The notes below the pieces were generated by a model. The model was not told the DNA's origin, ran no database searches, and worked only from the letters and a program-made list of their open reading frames with translations. A program made the position numbers and the translations under genes. Positions 45,404-56,300 of a stretch of 64,000 bases of DNA are shown here, piece after piece. The stretch comes from Pirellulales bacterium (lineage in GTDB: Bacteria; Planctomycetota; Planctomycetia; Pirellulales; PNKZ01). Positions within the stretch are counted from its first letter, which is position 1; each line of letters begins with the position of its first letter. Location: the NCBI GenBank assembly GCA_036272935.1, contig DATAXP010000009.1:6876-70875 (forward strand), read 5' to 3'.

Positions 45404-47646
45404 AGGAACAACCGTCCCACCTGGTAGGTCACCAGCGCACCAATGTACGCTAGCGCCGTCATGTACACGAACGTGAACGCCGGCCAACGCCAACTGTTTG
45501 TCTCGCGCTTGATGATCACCAGTGTCGAAGCGCACTGCGCGCACAGCGCAAAGAACACCATGATCGACAATGCCACCGGAATGTTGAACACGCGCTCGCC
45601 GGTGTCGTTCCAGCGCGCGTCTTGCAGGGCTGCGACGAGCCGCCCCCGGTCCTCGTCGTTCTCGGTGTCGACATCTTCGCCGAGGTTGTAGATGATCCCC
45701 AGCGTGGCCACGATCACCTCGCGCGCCGGGAACGAGGCGATCGCCGCACAGCCGATGCGCCAGTCCCATCCCAGTGGCCGCACGAACGGCTCGATCGCAT
45801 GTCCCATGCGTCCCAGGATGCTCTGCCGCCGATAGGCGCCGGCAATTTCGTTGTCGAGCGCCCGGCGCTCCTCGGCGACTTGCTCGCGCTGCGGATCATC
45901 GTCGGCCAGCGAGGCGGTTGCCGCCTCTTGTCGCTCCACGTCCGTCAGGCGATCGCGGTAAGGCGCTTCGACTTGTTCTGTGTTGTGCGGATAGTACAGC
46001 GTGGCCCACACGACGATCGACACCGCCACGATCAGCGTCCCGGCGCGTTGGACGAACGACCAGCCGCGCTCGCACATCCGGTAGACCACCGTACGCGGCG
46101 AAGGCCATTTGTACGTCGGCAGCTCCATGACAAACGGCGGCGTCGGCCCGCGCAGCAGCGTCCGCTTCAGCACCAGTGCCACGAGCACCGCCACGACGAT
46201 CCCCAGCACGTACATCGCCGTCATCACCAGGCCTTGCAGGCCGAGCAACCCGCCAAGCCACGCCGTCGACGGGATAAACGCCGCCACCAACAGTGTGTAC
46301 ACCGGCAGCCGCGCGCTGCAGCTCATCAGCGGCGCGACCAGGATTGTGGTGAGCCGGTCGCGGCGATTCTCGATCACGCGGGTGGCCATAATGCCCGGGA
46401 TCGCGCAGGCGAACGACGACAACAGCGGGATGAACGACTTCCCGCTCAGCCCGGCGCGCACCATCAGCCGGTCCATCAGGTAGGCGATCCGGGCCATGTA
46501 GCCGCAGTCTTCGAGCACGGCAATGAACAGGAACAAGATCATGATCTGCGGCAGAAAGATGATCACACCGCCGACGCCGCCGATCACGCCATCGACCACC
46601 AGGCTGCGCAGTGCTCCTTCAGGCATGGCGCCACCCACCAGCTCGCCGAGCCAGCCGACTCCGCCGTCGATCAATTCCATCAATGGCGCGGCGCCACGGA
46701 ACACCGCCTGGAACACGACGAACATCATCAGGAAGAAAAACAGCGTTCCCCACAGCCGATGCGTAAGCACGTAATCAACGCGATCGGTCCAGTTGGTGGG
46801 CTGCGCGGCGGGGCGCGTCGCCACGCCCTCCAGCATCCGCGCCGCCCAGGCGTAGCGCGCCATCGCTTCCACTGCCGGCACCGGACTGCCTGCCGCAGCC
46901 AGGCGGGTACGCGCGGCAGTCAGTTCTTGCCTGATTTCCGTCGTGGCCGAGGCGGGGACTGCAAACGATTCGAGGTATCCGCTCACGTCGAGCAATAGCC
47001 GCTCGACCAGAAAGCGCGGCAGCGGTGCGTCGCCGTTGCGCCGTGCGGCCAGCGTGTCGTGCAGGCGCGACACTTCGCCGCGAAACGTCTCGGAGAACGG
47101 GCTTTCGCGCTCAGGGGCTTCGCCGTCGGACGCCGTGGCTAGCGCCGCTTTCAGTTCGTCGAGTCCCACGCGCCGGTTGGCCTGCACCGGCACGACACGG
47201 ACGCCCAGGTTGCGCTCGAGCCGCGGCACGTCGAGCTCGATGCCGCGGGACTTGGCCAGGTCGATCATGTTCAGCGCGACGACCGTCGGCAGCCCGAGTT
47301 CGAGCACCTGGCTGACCAGGTACAGATTGCGCTCCAAGTTGCTCGCGTCGACGATGCACAGCACCGCGTCGGGCTGCGGCGCGTCGGGCCGGCGGCCCAA
47401 GAGCACGTCGACTGCCACCATTTCATCGGGCGAGCGCGGCGCCAGGCTATATGTTCCCGGCAGGTCGACCAGGGCCCAGCGCTCGCCGGCGTGTGAAAGG
47501 TGGCCGATCTTTTTTTCGACCGTCACGCCCGGATAGTTGCCGACGCGCTGATGCACGCCCGAGAGCGCCTGAAACAGCGTGCTCTTGCCGGTGTTGGGAT
47601 TGCCAACCAGGGCGATCGTGAGCGGTTTGAGTGCGACGGCGGGCAT
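45400..47646 (-). CDS. feoB: Ferrous iron transporter FeoB
   Basis: GNPNTGKST, GNYPGVTVE, DLPGTYSL, LEDCGYMAR, MSCSARLP, FVMELP. Confidence 0.97.
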   Translation of the reverse strand: MPAVALKPLTIALVGNPNTGKSTLFQALSGVHQRVGNYPGVTVEKKIGHLSHAGERWALVDLPGTYSLAPRSPDEMVAVDVLLGRRPDAPQPDAVLCIVDASNLERNLYLVSQVLELGLPTVVALNMIDLAKSRGIELDVPRLERNLGVRVVPVQANRRVGLDELKAALATASDGEAPERESPFSETFRGEVSRLHDTLAARRNGDAPLPRFLVERLLLDVSGYLESFAVPASATTEIRQELTAARTRLAAAGSPVPAVEAMARYAWAARMLEGVATRPAAQPTNWTDRVDYVLTHRLWGTLFFFLMMFVVFQAVFRGAAPLMELIDGGVGWLGELVGGAMPEGALRSLVVDGVIGGVGGVIIFLPQIMILFLFIAVLEDCGYMARIAYLMDRLMVRAGLSGKSFIPLLSSFACAIPGIMATRVIENRRDRLTTILVAPLMSCSARLPVYTLLVAAFIPSTAWLGGLLGLQGLVMTAMYVLGIVVAVLVALVLKRTLLRGPTPPFVMELPTYKWPSPRTVVYRMCERGWSFVQRAGTLIVAVSIVVWATLYYPHNTEQVEAPYRDRLTDVERQEAATASLADDDPQREQVAEERRALDNEIAGAYRRQSILGRMGHAIEPFVRPLGWDWRIGCAAIASFPAREVIVATLGIIYNLGEDVDTENDEDRGRLVAALQDARWNDTGERVFNIPVALSIMVFFALCAQCASTLVIIKRETNSWRWPAFTFVYMTALAYIGALVTYQVGRLFL

Positions 47647-47705
47647 GGGGGAAAATGCTAAATGCTAAATGCGTAATGCTTAATTGCAGGCATTTCGCAT
47701 TCTCC

Positions 47706-47933
47706 TCATAGCGGCGTGACTTCGATGCGGCTGGCTTCGTTGCTGCGCACGCTGAGCCGGTAGCCGCGCAATTCGATCTCCAGCGGATCGCCCAGCGGTG
47801 CGCGCCCCAACACTTTCACTTCGATCCCCGGCAGGACGCCCATCTCCATCAGCCGCACGCTCACGTCGTCGGTGCCGGCAATGCGCTCGACACGCGCCCG
47901 CGCGCCGACCTTCAGCTCATCGAGTCCGCTCAC
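47706..47933 (-). CDS. feoA: FeoA family protein
   Basis: RLMEMG..PG, RAPLGDP.EI.LRGY.LS.R..EA; GTG start overlaps the upstream stop. Confidence 0.9.
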   Translation of the reverse strand: MSGLDELKVGARARVERIAGTDDVSVRLMEMGVLPGIEVKVLGRAPLGDPLEIELRGYRLSVRSNEASRIEVTPL

Positions 47934-48178
47934 GCGCCGGTTCCCGGTCGCACGAGGACGCTGAGCAACTCGTCGGAGCGGAAGCAGAGTTTCTGTCCGC
48001 CGAGCCGAATGATGCACGGACTGCCGGTCTGAAGCATCTCGATGTGCGTGCCGCCGCGCAGGCCGATTTCTTCCAAGCGATGCACCTCCTCGGGATGCCC
48101 CAAGACCGCACCGATCTGGGCGAATTCGCCAGCTTGCAGGATCGACAGCGGAACTAGGTCTTCCACGGAGGGTTTCAC
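47930..48178 (-). CDS. feoA: FeoA family protein (second copy)
   Basis: PLS.L..GE.A.I, RLEEIGLR.G; position in the operon. Confidence 0.8.
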   Translation of the reverse strand: MKPSVEDLVPLSILQAGEFAQIGAVLGHPEEVHRLEEIGLRGGTHIEMLQTGSPCIIRLGGQKLCFRSDELLSVLVRPGTGA

Positions 48179-48193
48179 GGTAGGGGTTGCAAT

Positions 48194-48208
48194 TGAGACT
48201 CATTCTCA
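48194..48208. promoter_or_regulatory. Fur-box-like operator upstream of the feo operon
   Basis: TGAGACT-C-ATTCTCA 7-1-7 palindrome resembling TGATAAT-N-ATTATCA. Confidence 0.6.
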
Positions 48209-48363
48209 GCCAGTCGATTGTAAAGCACGCTCTCGCGGCCAGCAAACGGTTATCTCAAACGCGGGCAACAGTTTTTCTTGCCGGCAATTCTGGGCGTCGG
48301 TTACATTGAAAGCCCTGCCCGGTTCAACCTACCGCCGCCCCGCCTGTCTCGCCTCGACCGCCT

Positions 48364-50367
48364 ATGCTGAAGTGGCATTCGCACCGTGAATTCATTTTGC
48401 TCGCGGCCGCGATGGTGATTGCGCTCGCTGAGTCGACTCGTGCCGCGGACCAGGCAGCATCCAATGCTGCGCCGCGGTTCGAATCGCACGTCCGGCCAAT
48501 CCTGAAAGCGCACTGCTTCCAGTGCCACGGCGACGACGGACAATCGGAGGCGGGACTTGACCTGCGCCTGGTGCGGTCAATGAGCGAAGGGGGCGACTCG
48601 GGGCCGGCGCTGGTGCCGGGTAAATCGTCGGCGAGCTTGATCCTCGAACGGCTTCGCGCCGGCGAGATGCCCCCGGGCGAAAAGAAAGTTCCCGACGAAG
48701 AGATCGCCACGATCGCGCGCTGGATCGACTCCGGCGCCAAGACCGCTCGACCCGAGCCGGCGGCAAAGGCGCCTGCAATCACCGACGAAGAACTGGCCCA
48801 TTGGTCGTTCCAGCCGATCACGCGCCCCGCGGTGCCGACGGTCAAGCACACCGCAGCGGTCACCAATGCGATCGATGCGTTTCTGCTCGAGCGCCTGGAG
48901 CGCGAAGGATTGGAGTTTTCGCAGCAAGCCGATCGCGTGGCGCTCGTGCGTCGTGCGTATTTCGATCTGTGGGGTGCTTCGGTGGCGATGGCGTGGCTCA
49001 TGAACGAAGAACGGCTGCGCGGCGCGCCGGCCAAGCCCGACTTCGAGCAGGCGACGTTCGACCTGCTTCCCAAAAGGCCGCCGCATACGCCGCGCGCCAA
49101 GGCCGTGATCTCGCTGTTCATGCAGGGTGGCCCGAGCCATGTCGATCTGTTCGACCCCAAGCCCGAGCTGAAGAAGTACGAGAACGTCGAGTACGGCCGC
49201 AAGCTGAAGTACGGCTCCGAGCTGGAGAACGCGCGTAACAGCCGCACGCTGTTCCCGAGTCCGTGGAACTTCCAGCGGGCGGGCAAGTGCGGCATGGAGC
49301 TCAGCGAACTGCTGCCGGCATTGCAAACCGTGGCCGACGACATCTGCCTGATCCGCTCGATGCACACCAGCGTGAACAACCACGATCAGTCGATCATGGC
49401 CCTGAACACCGGCCGGCCGACGGCGGGGCGTCCGTCGCTGGGTTCGTGGGTCACCTACGCGCTGGGGACCGAGAACCAGGACCTGCCGGCCTACGTGGTG
49501 CTGACCGATCCGCGCGGCCTGCCGGTGCGCGGCCTGGAAAACTGGTCGAACGCCTGGCTGCCGTCGTTGTACCAGGGGACGGTGATCCGGCCGAAAGAGC
49601 CGCGCATCCTGAATCTCGATCCGCCGGCGCACCTGGCCGGTGTGCCGCAGCGGCAACTGCTCGATTATCTCGATCGGCTGAACCAGGATCATCTGGCCCA
49701 GCACCCGGGCGAGGCCGATCTGGCCGCGCGGCTGGCGAGCTACGAACTGGCCGCGCGGATGCAGACCACCGCCAAGGAAGCGGTCGACCTGGCGCAAGAA
49801 TCCGAAGCGACTCGCAAAATGTACGGCCTCGACGACCCGGTGACCAGGCACTTCGGTGAGCGCTGCCTGCTGGCCCGTCGGCTGGTGGAGCGCGGCGTGC
49901 GCTTCGTGCAGGTGTGCACCGGCAACCAGAGCTGGGACCATCACGGCGACATTCGCAACAAGCTTCCCGAGAACTGCAAGATTGTCGACAAGCCTTGTGC
50001 CGCGCTCATTAACGATCTGAAGCAGCGAGGCCTGCTCGATACGACGCTCGTGCAATGGGGAGGCGAAATGGGGCGCATGCCAGCCATCGAGCAGGACCAA
50101 GGCTCGAAGGTCGGTCGCGATCACAATACCTTCGGATTCTCAATGTGGCTGGCCGGCGGCGGCGTGAAGCGTGGCCTTGTCTACGGCGCGACCGACGAAG
50201 TCGGGAGCGAAGCGGTCGAGAACGGCGTCTCGCACTCCGACTACCATGCCACGCTGCTGCACCTGCTGGGGCTCGACTACGAAGACGTGGTCTTCCAGCG
50301 CGCCAACGGCCCGGGCTCATTGGTCGACGGCCAACCGGCCCGCGTGGTACACGAGATTCTGGCCTAA
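48364..50367 (+). CDS. In-frame fusion of a truncated PSCyt/DUF1549 gene and a DUF1501 gene
   Basis: CFQCH, MPP, HWSF, RRAYFDLWG, then directly the DUF1501 body (GGPSHVDLFDPKP ... GRDHN). Confidence 0.75.
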   Translation: MLKWHSHREFILLAAAMVIALAESTRAADQAASNAAPRFESHVRPILKAHCFQCHGDDGQSEAGLDLRLVRSMSEGGDSGPALVPGKSSASLILERLRAGEMPPGEKKVPDEEIATIARWIDSGAKTARPEPAAKAPAITDEELAHWSFQPITRPAVPTVKHTAAVTNAIDAFLLERLEREGLEFSQQADRVALVRRAYFDLWGASVAMAWLMNEERLRGAPAKPDFEQATFDLLPKRPPHTPRAKAVISLFMQGGPSHVDLFDPKPELKKYENVEYGRKLKYGSELENARNSRTLFPSPWNFQRAGKCGMELSELLPALQTVADDICLIRSMHTSVNNHDQSIMALNTGRPTAGRPSLGSWVTYALGTENQDLPAYVVLTDPRGLPVRGLENWSNAWLPSLYQGTVIRPKEPRILNLDPPAHLAGVPQRQLLDYLDRLNQDHLAQHPGEADLAARLASYELAARMQTTAKEAVDLAQESEATRKMYGLDDPVTRHFGERCLLARRLVERGVRFVQVCTGNQSWDHHGDIRNKLPENCKIVDKPCAALINDLKQRGLLDTTLVQWGGEMGRMPAIEQDQGSKVGRDHNTFGFSMWLAGGGVKRGLVYGATDEVGSEAVENGVSHSDYHATLLHLLGLDYEDVVFQRANGPGSLVDGQPARVVHEILA

Positions 50368-50391
50368 GCGCGAGAGCGCAAGCGACGCGGC

Positions 50392-50517
50392 TATTGATCT
50401 TCAGAAAAGCAAATGAATGTCGATGGGGTGCCACTGGCTCCGCCAGTGCCCAGTTCAACACTGGCAGCGCCAGTGCCACCCAAAACATTGGTTCGATTGC
50501 TTTTCTGAAGATCAATA
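50392..50517. mobile_element. MITE-like element: 21-bp perfect inverted repeats enclosing a REP
   Basis: TATTGATCTTCAGAAAAGCAA ... TTGCTTTTCTGAAGATCAATA with TA at both ends. Confidence 0.55.
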
Positions 50518-50599
50518 AATCAGGCGCATAGGATGTCGATTCGTGCGTTTCCTTCGACGTGCGAGTATGATGGGTTTGCGTCGAGGCGATCCATGACGC

Positions 50600-51946
50600 G
50601 TGCTTATTCGCTCCTGCCGGTTAGTTAGAAGGAGAGTCGCGGTGATTCGCTTGCGCTGGGTTCATCGTGCATCGCTGCTGATCGTTGGGGTACTCCTGTC
50701 GGGCGCGTCGGGACAAGTAGAATTGGCCCGCGGCGAGTCGAATTGGCCGCGCTGGCGCGGAGCGCATCAAGACGGCCACACCGATCAGTCGAACCTGCCG
50801 GTGCATTGGTCGCCGGCCGACGTGGTTTGGAAAGCCACGCTGCCGGGCCATGGGCAATCGTCGCCGGTGATCTGGGGCGATCGCATCTTTCTGACTACGG
50901 CACTGGAGCGCGGCCGCGAGCGATTGGTGTTCTGCGTCGATCGCAACGACGGCCGGCTGCTATGGCAACACACCGCGTGGAAAGGCGAGCCCGAGCCGAG
51001 CCACACCATGAACGGTTGGGCCTCGAGCACCTGCGCCACCGATGGCGAGGTGGTCGTGGCGTTCTTCGGCCGCGGCGGACTGCACGCCTACACCGTCGAC
51101 GGCAAGCCGCTGTGGAGCCTGAATCTCGGCACCTTTGAAAGTCCCTGGAGTATTGCGGCTTGCCCAATCATCCTTGGCGACCTGGTGATCCAGAACGGCG
51201 ACTCCGACGCGGATGCCTTCCTTGCCGCTTTCGACAAGCACACCGGCAAGCAAGTGTGGCGCACCAAGCGACCCGATAACCGCGGCTGGAGCACGCCGAT
51301 CCTGGTGCACGTCGCCGCTAGCGCAAGCGGCAAGGAACACGACGAGCTGGTGCTCAACGGCCACACCGGCGTGTATGGCTACGATCCCAAAACCGGCAAG
51401 GAACTTTGGTTCTGCCAAGGCTTCAACGGCCGCGGCGAACCGACCGTCACCCCCGCCGGCGACGTGCTGTGCGTGGTGAACGGGTTGAAAGGCGATTTTT
51501 ACGCCGTGCGCCCCGGCGGCTCGGGCGACGTGACCGCCACGCGCATGGCCTGGCACACGCCGCGCAAAGGTGGCCGCGACTGCCCGTCGCCGATCGTCGT
51601 TGGCCAGTTCGTCATCGTCTGCGACATGAAGGGGATCGCCACCTGCTACCGCACGACCGACGGCAAGGAAGTCTGGAAAGAACGGATCGGCTCGAACTTT
51701 TCCTCGTCGCCGATCGCTGCCGCCGGCCTGGTATACTTTCAGGCGGAAGACGGCACGACGGTCGTCATTCGTCCGGGGCCGAAGCTCGACGTGGTGGCCA
51801 CCAACGCGCTCGACCCGGCGCAGGACGAGGTGTTTCGCGCATCACTGACACCCAGCGAAGGGCAGATCTTCGCACGTTCCGATCACGTGCTTTACTGCAT
51901 CGGCAAACGAACGAAGAGGCAGGGGCAGGCGCAAGCCTCCCGGTAG
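50600..51946 (+). CDS. PQQ-binding-like beta-propeller (BamB-like) protein
   Basis: NWPRWRG, LPG.G.SSPVIWG, D..TGK..W repeats; start uncertain. Confidence 0.88.
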   Translation: MLIRSCRLVRRRVAVIRLRWVHRASLLIVGVLLSGASGQVELARGESNWPRWRGAHQDGHTDQSNLPVHWSPADVVWKATLPGHGQSSPVIWGDRIFLTTALERGRERLVFCVDRNDGRLLWQHTAWKGEPEPSHTMNGWASSTCATDGEVVVAFFGRGGLHAYTVDGKPLWSLNLGTFESPWSIAACPIILGDLVIQNGDSDADAFLAAFDKHTGKQVWRTKRPDNRGWSTPILVHVAASASGKEHDELVLNGHTGVYGYDPKTGKELWFCQGFNGRGEPTVTPAGDVLCVVNGLKGDFYAVRPGGSGDVTATRMAWHTPRKGGRDCPSPIVVGQFVIVCDMKGIATCYRTTDGKEVWKERIGSNFSSSPIAAAGLVYFQAEDGTTVVIRPGPKLDVVATNALDPAQDEVFRASLTPSEGQIFARSDHVLYCIGKRTKRQGQAQASR

Positions 51947-51988
51947 TTGATGACGGCACCGCGACTCTTCGAGCCTAGCCGGAAACCG

Positions 51989-52056
51989 CGTGGGGCAGGC
52001 ATTCTTGCCTGCCTTCGGCGACCCTTTTTCTCGGCAGACAAGAATGTCTGCCCCAC
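51989..52056. repeat. REP-like palindrome
   Basis: GTGGGGCAGGCATTCTTGCCTGCC...GGCAGACAAGAATGTCTGCCCCAC. Confidence 0.7.
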
Positions 52057-52066
52057 GCGAAACTCC

Positions 52067-53368
52067 TTGGTGTGCTGGTTTTCGAATAGGCTCTTCAGCA
52101 CGGCAACGCTTATCGCCCTGGCCGGCGCGGTGTCGGCCGCCGCCGGCGATTGGGACGCCTTCCGTGGCACCGCGCGCAACGGTCGTTCGACCGAGAGCAA
52201 CGTGCCGCTGGTCTGGGGGCCAGAAAACAACATTCGCTGGAAGGTGCCGCTTCCGGGCACTGGCAACAGCAGCCCGGTGGTCGCCGCCGGCCACGTGTAC
52301 GTCACCTGCGCGAGCGACGAAGGCCGAGGGCGCGGCACCTACTGCTACGATCGCCGCGACGGCCGGCTGCTTTGGTCCGACGTCGTGGCCTACGAGCCTG
52401 AAGACCCGACCCACGGCACCAATCCGTACTGCGGTTCATCGCCCGCGGCCGACGAGCGGCATGTCGTTGTGTGGCACGGCTCGGCCGGCGTACACTGCTA
52501 CGACCACGCCGGGCGGAAGTTGTGGAGCCGCGATCTCGGCACGTTCCGGCACATTTGGGGCTACGGTTCGTCGCCGGTCCTGTTCGGCGAGTCGGTGCTG
52601 CTCAACTGCGGCCCCGGTCCACGGCAATGCGTCACGGCGATTGACCGCGCCACCGGCAAAACGCGCTGGCAATTCGACGTGCCCGGTGGCGACTCGGGTG
52701 AAGAATCGCCCGCCGCCAGCGAGAAACCCGCTTGGACCGGCTCGTGGGCCACGCCGGTCGTCGCCACCGTCGAGGGCCGCGAGCAGGTGATCGTGCCGCT
52801 GGCCGGGCGCCTGCATGCGTTCGATCCACAATCGGGCGCCGTGCTGTGGACGATCGACGGCCTCGGCCCGTTGGTCTACACCGATGCACTGATGGGCAGT
52901 GATCCCAGCGGCGGCGGCGTGGGCGTGGCAATGAGCGGCTACCATGGCCCGGCGATCGGCTTCCGCACCGGCGGCTCGGGTGACATGACCGACACCAATC
53001 GCCTGTGGCGCGCCACGTCGCGCATTCCGCAGCGCATTGGCTCGGGCGTGCTCATCGACGGCCGCGTGTACATGGCCAACGAGATCGGCGTCGCGCAGTG
53101 CATCGATGCCATGACCGGCGAAGAACTGTGGCACGATCGTCTGCCGGCCACGAAGATTTGGGCGTCGATCATCGAGAACCAAGGCCGCCTGTTCGTCACC
53201 GACCAGCAGGGCAAGACGATCATCTTTGCCGCCAATCCCGAGCGCTTCGAGCTGGTGGGCGAGAACGAGGTGGGCGAAGGCACCAATTCGACGCTCGCCT
53301 TTTCCGACGGCGCGGCATTTCTGCGGACGTTCCAAAGTCTGATCTGCATCAGCCCGCCCGGCGAGTAG
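52067..53368 (+). CDS. PQQ-binding-like beta-propeller protein
   Basis: DWDAFRG, NIRWKVPLPG.G.SSPV, WGYGSSP; start placed after the REP (uncertain; the ORF is open from 51947). Confidence 0.85.
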   Translation: MVCWFSNRLFSTATLIALAGAVSAAAGDWDAFRGTARNGRSTESNVPLVWGPENNIRWKVPLPGTGNSSPVVAAGHVYVTCASDEGRGRGTYCYDRRDGRLLWSDVVAYEPEDPTHGTNPYCGSSPAADERHVVVWHGSAGVHCYDHAGRKLWSRDLGTFRHIWGYGSSPVLFGESVLLNCGPGPRQCVTAIDRATGKTRWQFDVPGGDSGEESPAASEKPAWTGSWATPVVATVEGREQVIVPLAGRLHAFDPQSGAVLWTIDGLGPLVYTDALMGSDPSGGGVGVAMSGYHGPAIGFRTGGSGDMTDTNRLWRATSRIPQRIGSGVLIDGRVYMANEIGVAQCIDAMTGEELWHDRLPATKIWASIIENQGRLFVTDQQGKTIIFAANPERFELVGENEVGEGTNSTLAFSDGAAFLRTFQSLICISPPGE

Positions 53369-53397
53369 TTTTTCACGCGGTCGATTGAACTCTTCCC

Positions 53398-56300
53398 ATG
53401 CCTTCAACTTCACAACGCCAGTCGTGGCGCACCGCCAAGCCCCTGCCTCAGCAGCCCAAGCGTGTGACGCGCGTTGTGCTGACGATTGTGGCGCTGCTGC
53501 TGATGGGGGCGCTAGTGTGGCTGCTGATTCCGCCGCTGGAGCAGACGCACGTGGTCGCGCTGCCGGTCATCGACTACGAAGCGATCGACGTTCCGCCGAT
53601 CGGTTTCGTGGGCGAGGATGTCGCGGGTCTGGCGGTGCTCGACGACCTGTGGAAACGTGGCGAGCCGCCGGGACCGGTGGTGCTATCGGGCCTCGAGGTG
53701 TCGCGCGAGCTGCGAGCGAACCTGACGGGCGAGTTGAAGAAGGTCGTCGCCCGGCCCAAGGATTCGCTCATCTTCTATGTGTCTGCGCACGGTGTGTCGC
53801 GCTCCGGCGACGCATGGCTGCTGTGCAGCGACTTCGATCCCACCCAGACCGACGCCGGACGGCTCAAGGCCAGCGAACTGCTCGCTTCGGTCAAGGCATG
53901 CCCGGGAGTCGTGAAGCTGGTGGTGCTCGACACCGGCGGGATCGTTGCCGACGCCCGACTGGCGATGCTCGCCAATGAGTTCCCCCGGCTGCTCGGGAGT
54001 GCCGTGAAAGCGACGAACGATCCGTCACTGTGGGTGTTCACGTCGCACGACATCGGCGAGACTTCGCAACCGGCCTCTGGCCTGCGGCGGTCGCGGTTCT
54101 CGTACCTGGTCACCGCCGGGCTCAACGGCCTGGCCGAGAGCAACGGCGATCGGCAGATCGACCTGGCCGAATTGTACGATTATGTGACGCGCGAACTGGC
54201 GCGCTGGACGGCGCTGGCCGGTGGTGGCGAGCAATCGCAAACACCGGTGTTGTTGCACGGCGGCGCCGGTCGCGTGACGGCGGCTAGCTCGGGAATCGTG
54301 CTTCTGCCAGCGCGCCGTGTCACCAGCACGACCAGCATGTGGCGCGAGCTCGGCCCCCAAACCGCGCTGGCCCAACAATCGGCCAGTCCACCGCCGGCTC
54401 AAGACACTGCCGCGCCCCAATCACCAGCCACCGACAAGCCGCCGGCTGAGAAGCCCGCCGCGGAAACGAAAACTACGCCTGAGACCAAAGCGGCTCCCGA
54501 AACGAAGACACCGGCGGAGACAAACGCACCTCCCCCCCAGCCGGCCCCGCCCGCGGAAAAACCTGCGCCGCAGGCGGAAGCCCAAGGGCTGCTGGCCGAG
54601 GCGTGGCGAATGCGCGACGATCTATTCGACCGCGCAAAACACGATTGGTCGCCGGTCGATTACGCCCCGCACTTGGCGCGCGAATTTCAGGAGTTGGTTC
54701 TCGCCTACGAGCAGCGCCTGCGCGCCGGCAACGCCTACAAGCCCGCGGAGATAGCCGACCGGCTGCGGAAGAACATTCTGCCGCTATCGGAGATGCTGCG
54801 CGGCGATTCGCCGGGGGACAACAGCACGATCGCCCAGCGGCTCGCCCGCGCTTGGCATCAATTCAACGCTTCCGACCTGCGCCGTCGCTACGATTTCGAA
54901 CCGCGTTATGTGCGCCAGGCGATCCGGTTGCGCAACGATGCCGCGTTTCGCACGGTCGATTACGTCCGCCTGGTCGGACGCTCGGCCGCCTCATCCGGCG
55001 GCGATGATACGCTCGCCGACGATCTGCGCAAACTGCTGCCGGCGCTCGACGCGCTCAGCCGCCGCTTGGACGCGATCCAATCGGCCGATGCCGCACTCCG
55101 CAGCGATCTCGTGCGCATCGGCGATGCATTGCAATTCGAGGACCGGCAACTGCGCGAGTTGCTGACGACCATTGATGCTGCGCTAGCGGATGAGGCCCGC
55201 CGGCTTGCCGACGAACCTCGCCAGCAGGCCGCCGCAATCGAAAGCTTGCTGGCCTCGACGCTTCCCACGGCCTCGGCGCGCGAGAAGCTGCTCGCCTCGC
55301 TGCCGCGATCGGAAAGTACCCCCGATTTCAAAGATCGTGCCCCCGCCGTGCGTGCTCAGCAGCCGGCGATTGGCCAGCGGCGCTGGGACGCGCTGCGCCA
55401 GCAGGCTGAGTTGGAGTTGGGGCTGCTGCGCTGGGCAGGGATCGACCCGACTGGCAGCGATCGCAAGCTCGACAATCCCGCTGACGACGCCGCGCGGTGG
55501 AGCAAGCTGGCCGAGTTCGGCAGCGGGCTCGAAGCGGCTTACCGCGACCTGCCGGGCAAAATCAACAAAGGGTTCGCCGATTCGCGACGGCTCGGCCCCA
55601 CGGAACAGGTCGCCGCACGGCAACCGATCGAACGCTGGTTGCGGCTGGTCGATGCCCGCGATGCCAAGCGGGTCGACGAGTCGGTGAACATCGCCCCGCT
55701 GCCGCCGCGAGCAACCGAGGTCCGCCTAACCATCCAGGCACCGCCAAAACTCGACGTGCGCGACGACGAATGGACGCCGCTGGAGTTTAAGCTGCAATCC
55801 GGCGCAGGCCGGCCGGCGGAAGTATGGGCCAAGCCCGAGTTCGATTCGGCGCTGCTGGAAGCGCGGCTCGCTGACCACCAAGAACTGCTCGCCGCCGGCA
55901 GGCGCAGCGATCGGCCGACGCTGCTCGACGACCGCGGCGCGGGTTCCATCACCTTCCAACTGCGTGCCAAGCAACGCGGCGTCGCATCGACCGTGGCCTT
56001 TAAGGTGAGCTTCCAATCCGACGGCGCCCAGGCGGCACCGGCGTCGGTGGCCATCGGCATGCCGGCGCCCGAGCGCATCGACCTGCTGGCCCATGGAACC
56101 ACGGGAACCGTCATCAGCGACGGCGCGCGGCAAGAGACGTGGATCGCCGATGCCGACGATCGCCTGCAACTGCTGCCGTTCCCCAACCGCACGACGACGT
56201 TTCATCTGGCCCTGGCGAACCGTTCGGACCGCAGCCAGAAAGTCGGCGTGGCATTGCTGACCGCCCCCGCGGCTGGCCCCGGCGCACGCGGCGACTTGCC

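Noticed and set aside
51947-52066. N-terminal extension of the second PQQ-like protein
   Set aside because: It is a translation of a REP element (GILAC...ADKNVCPT); the true start is probably downstream.
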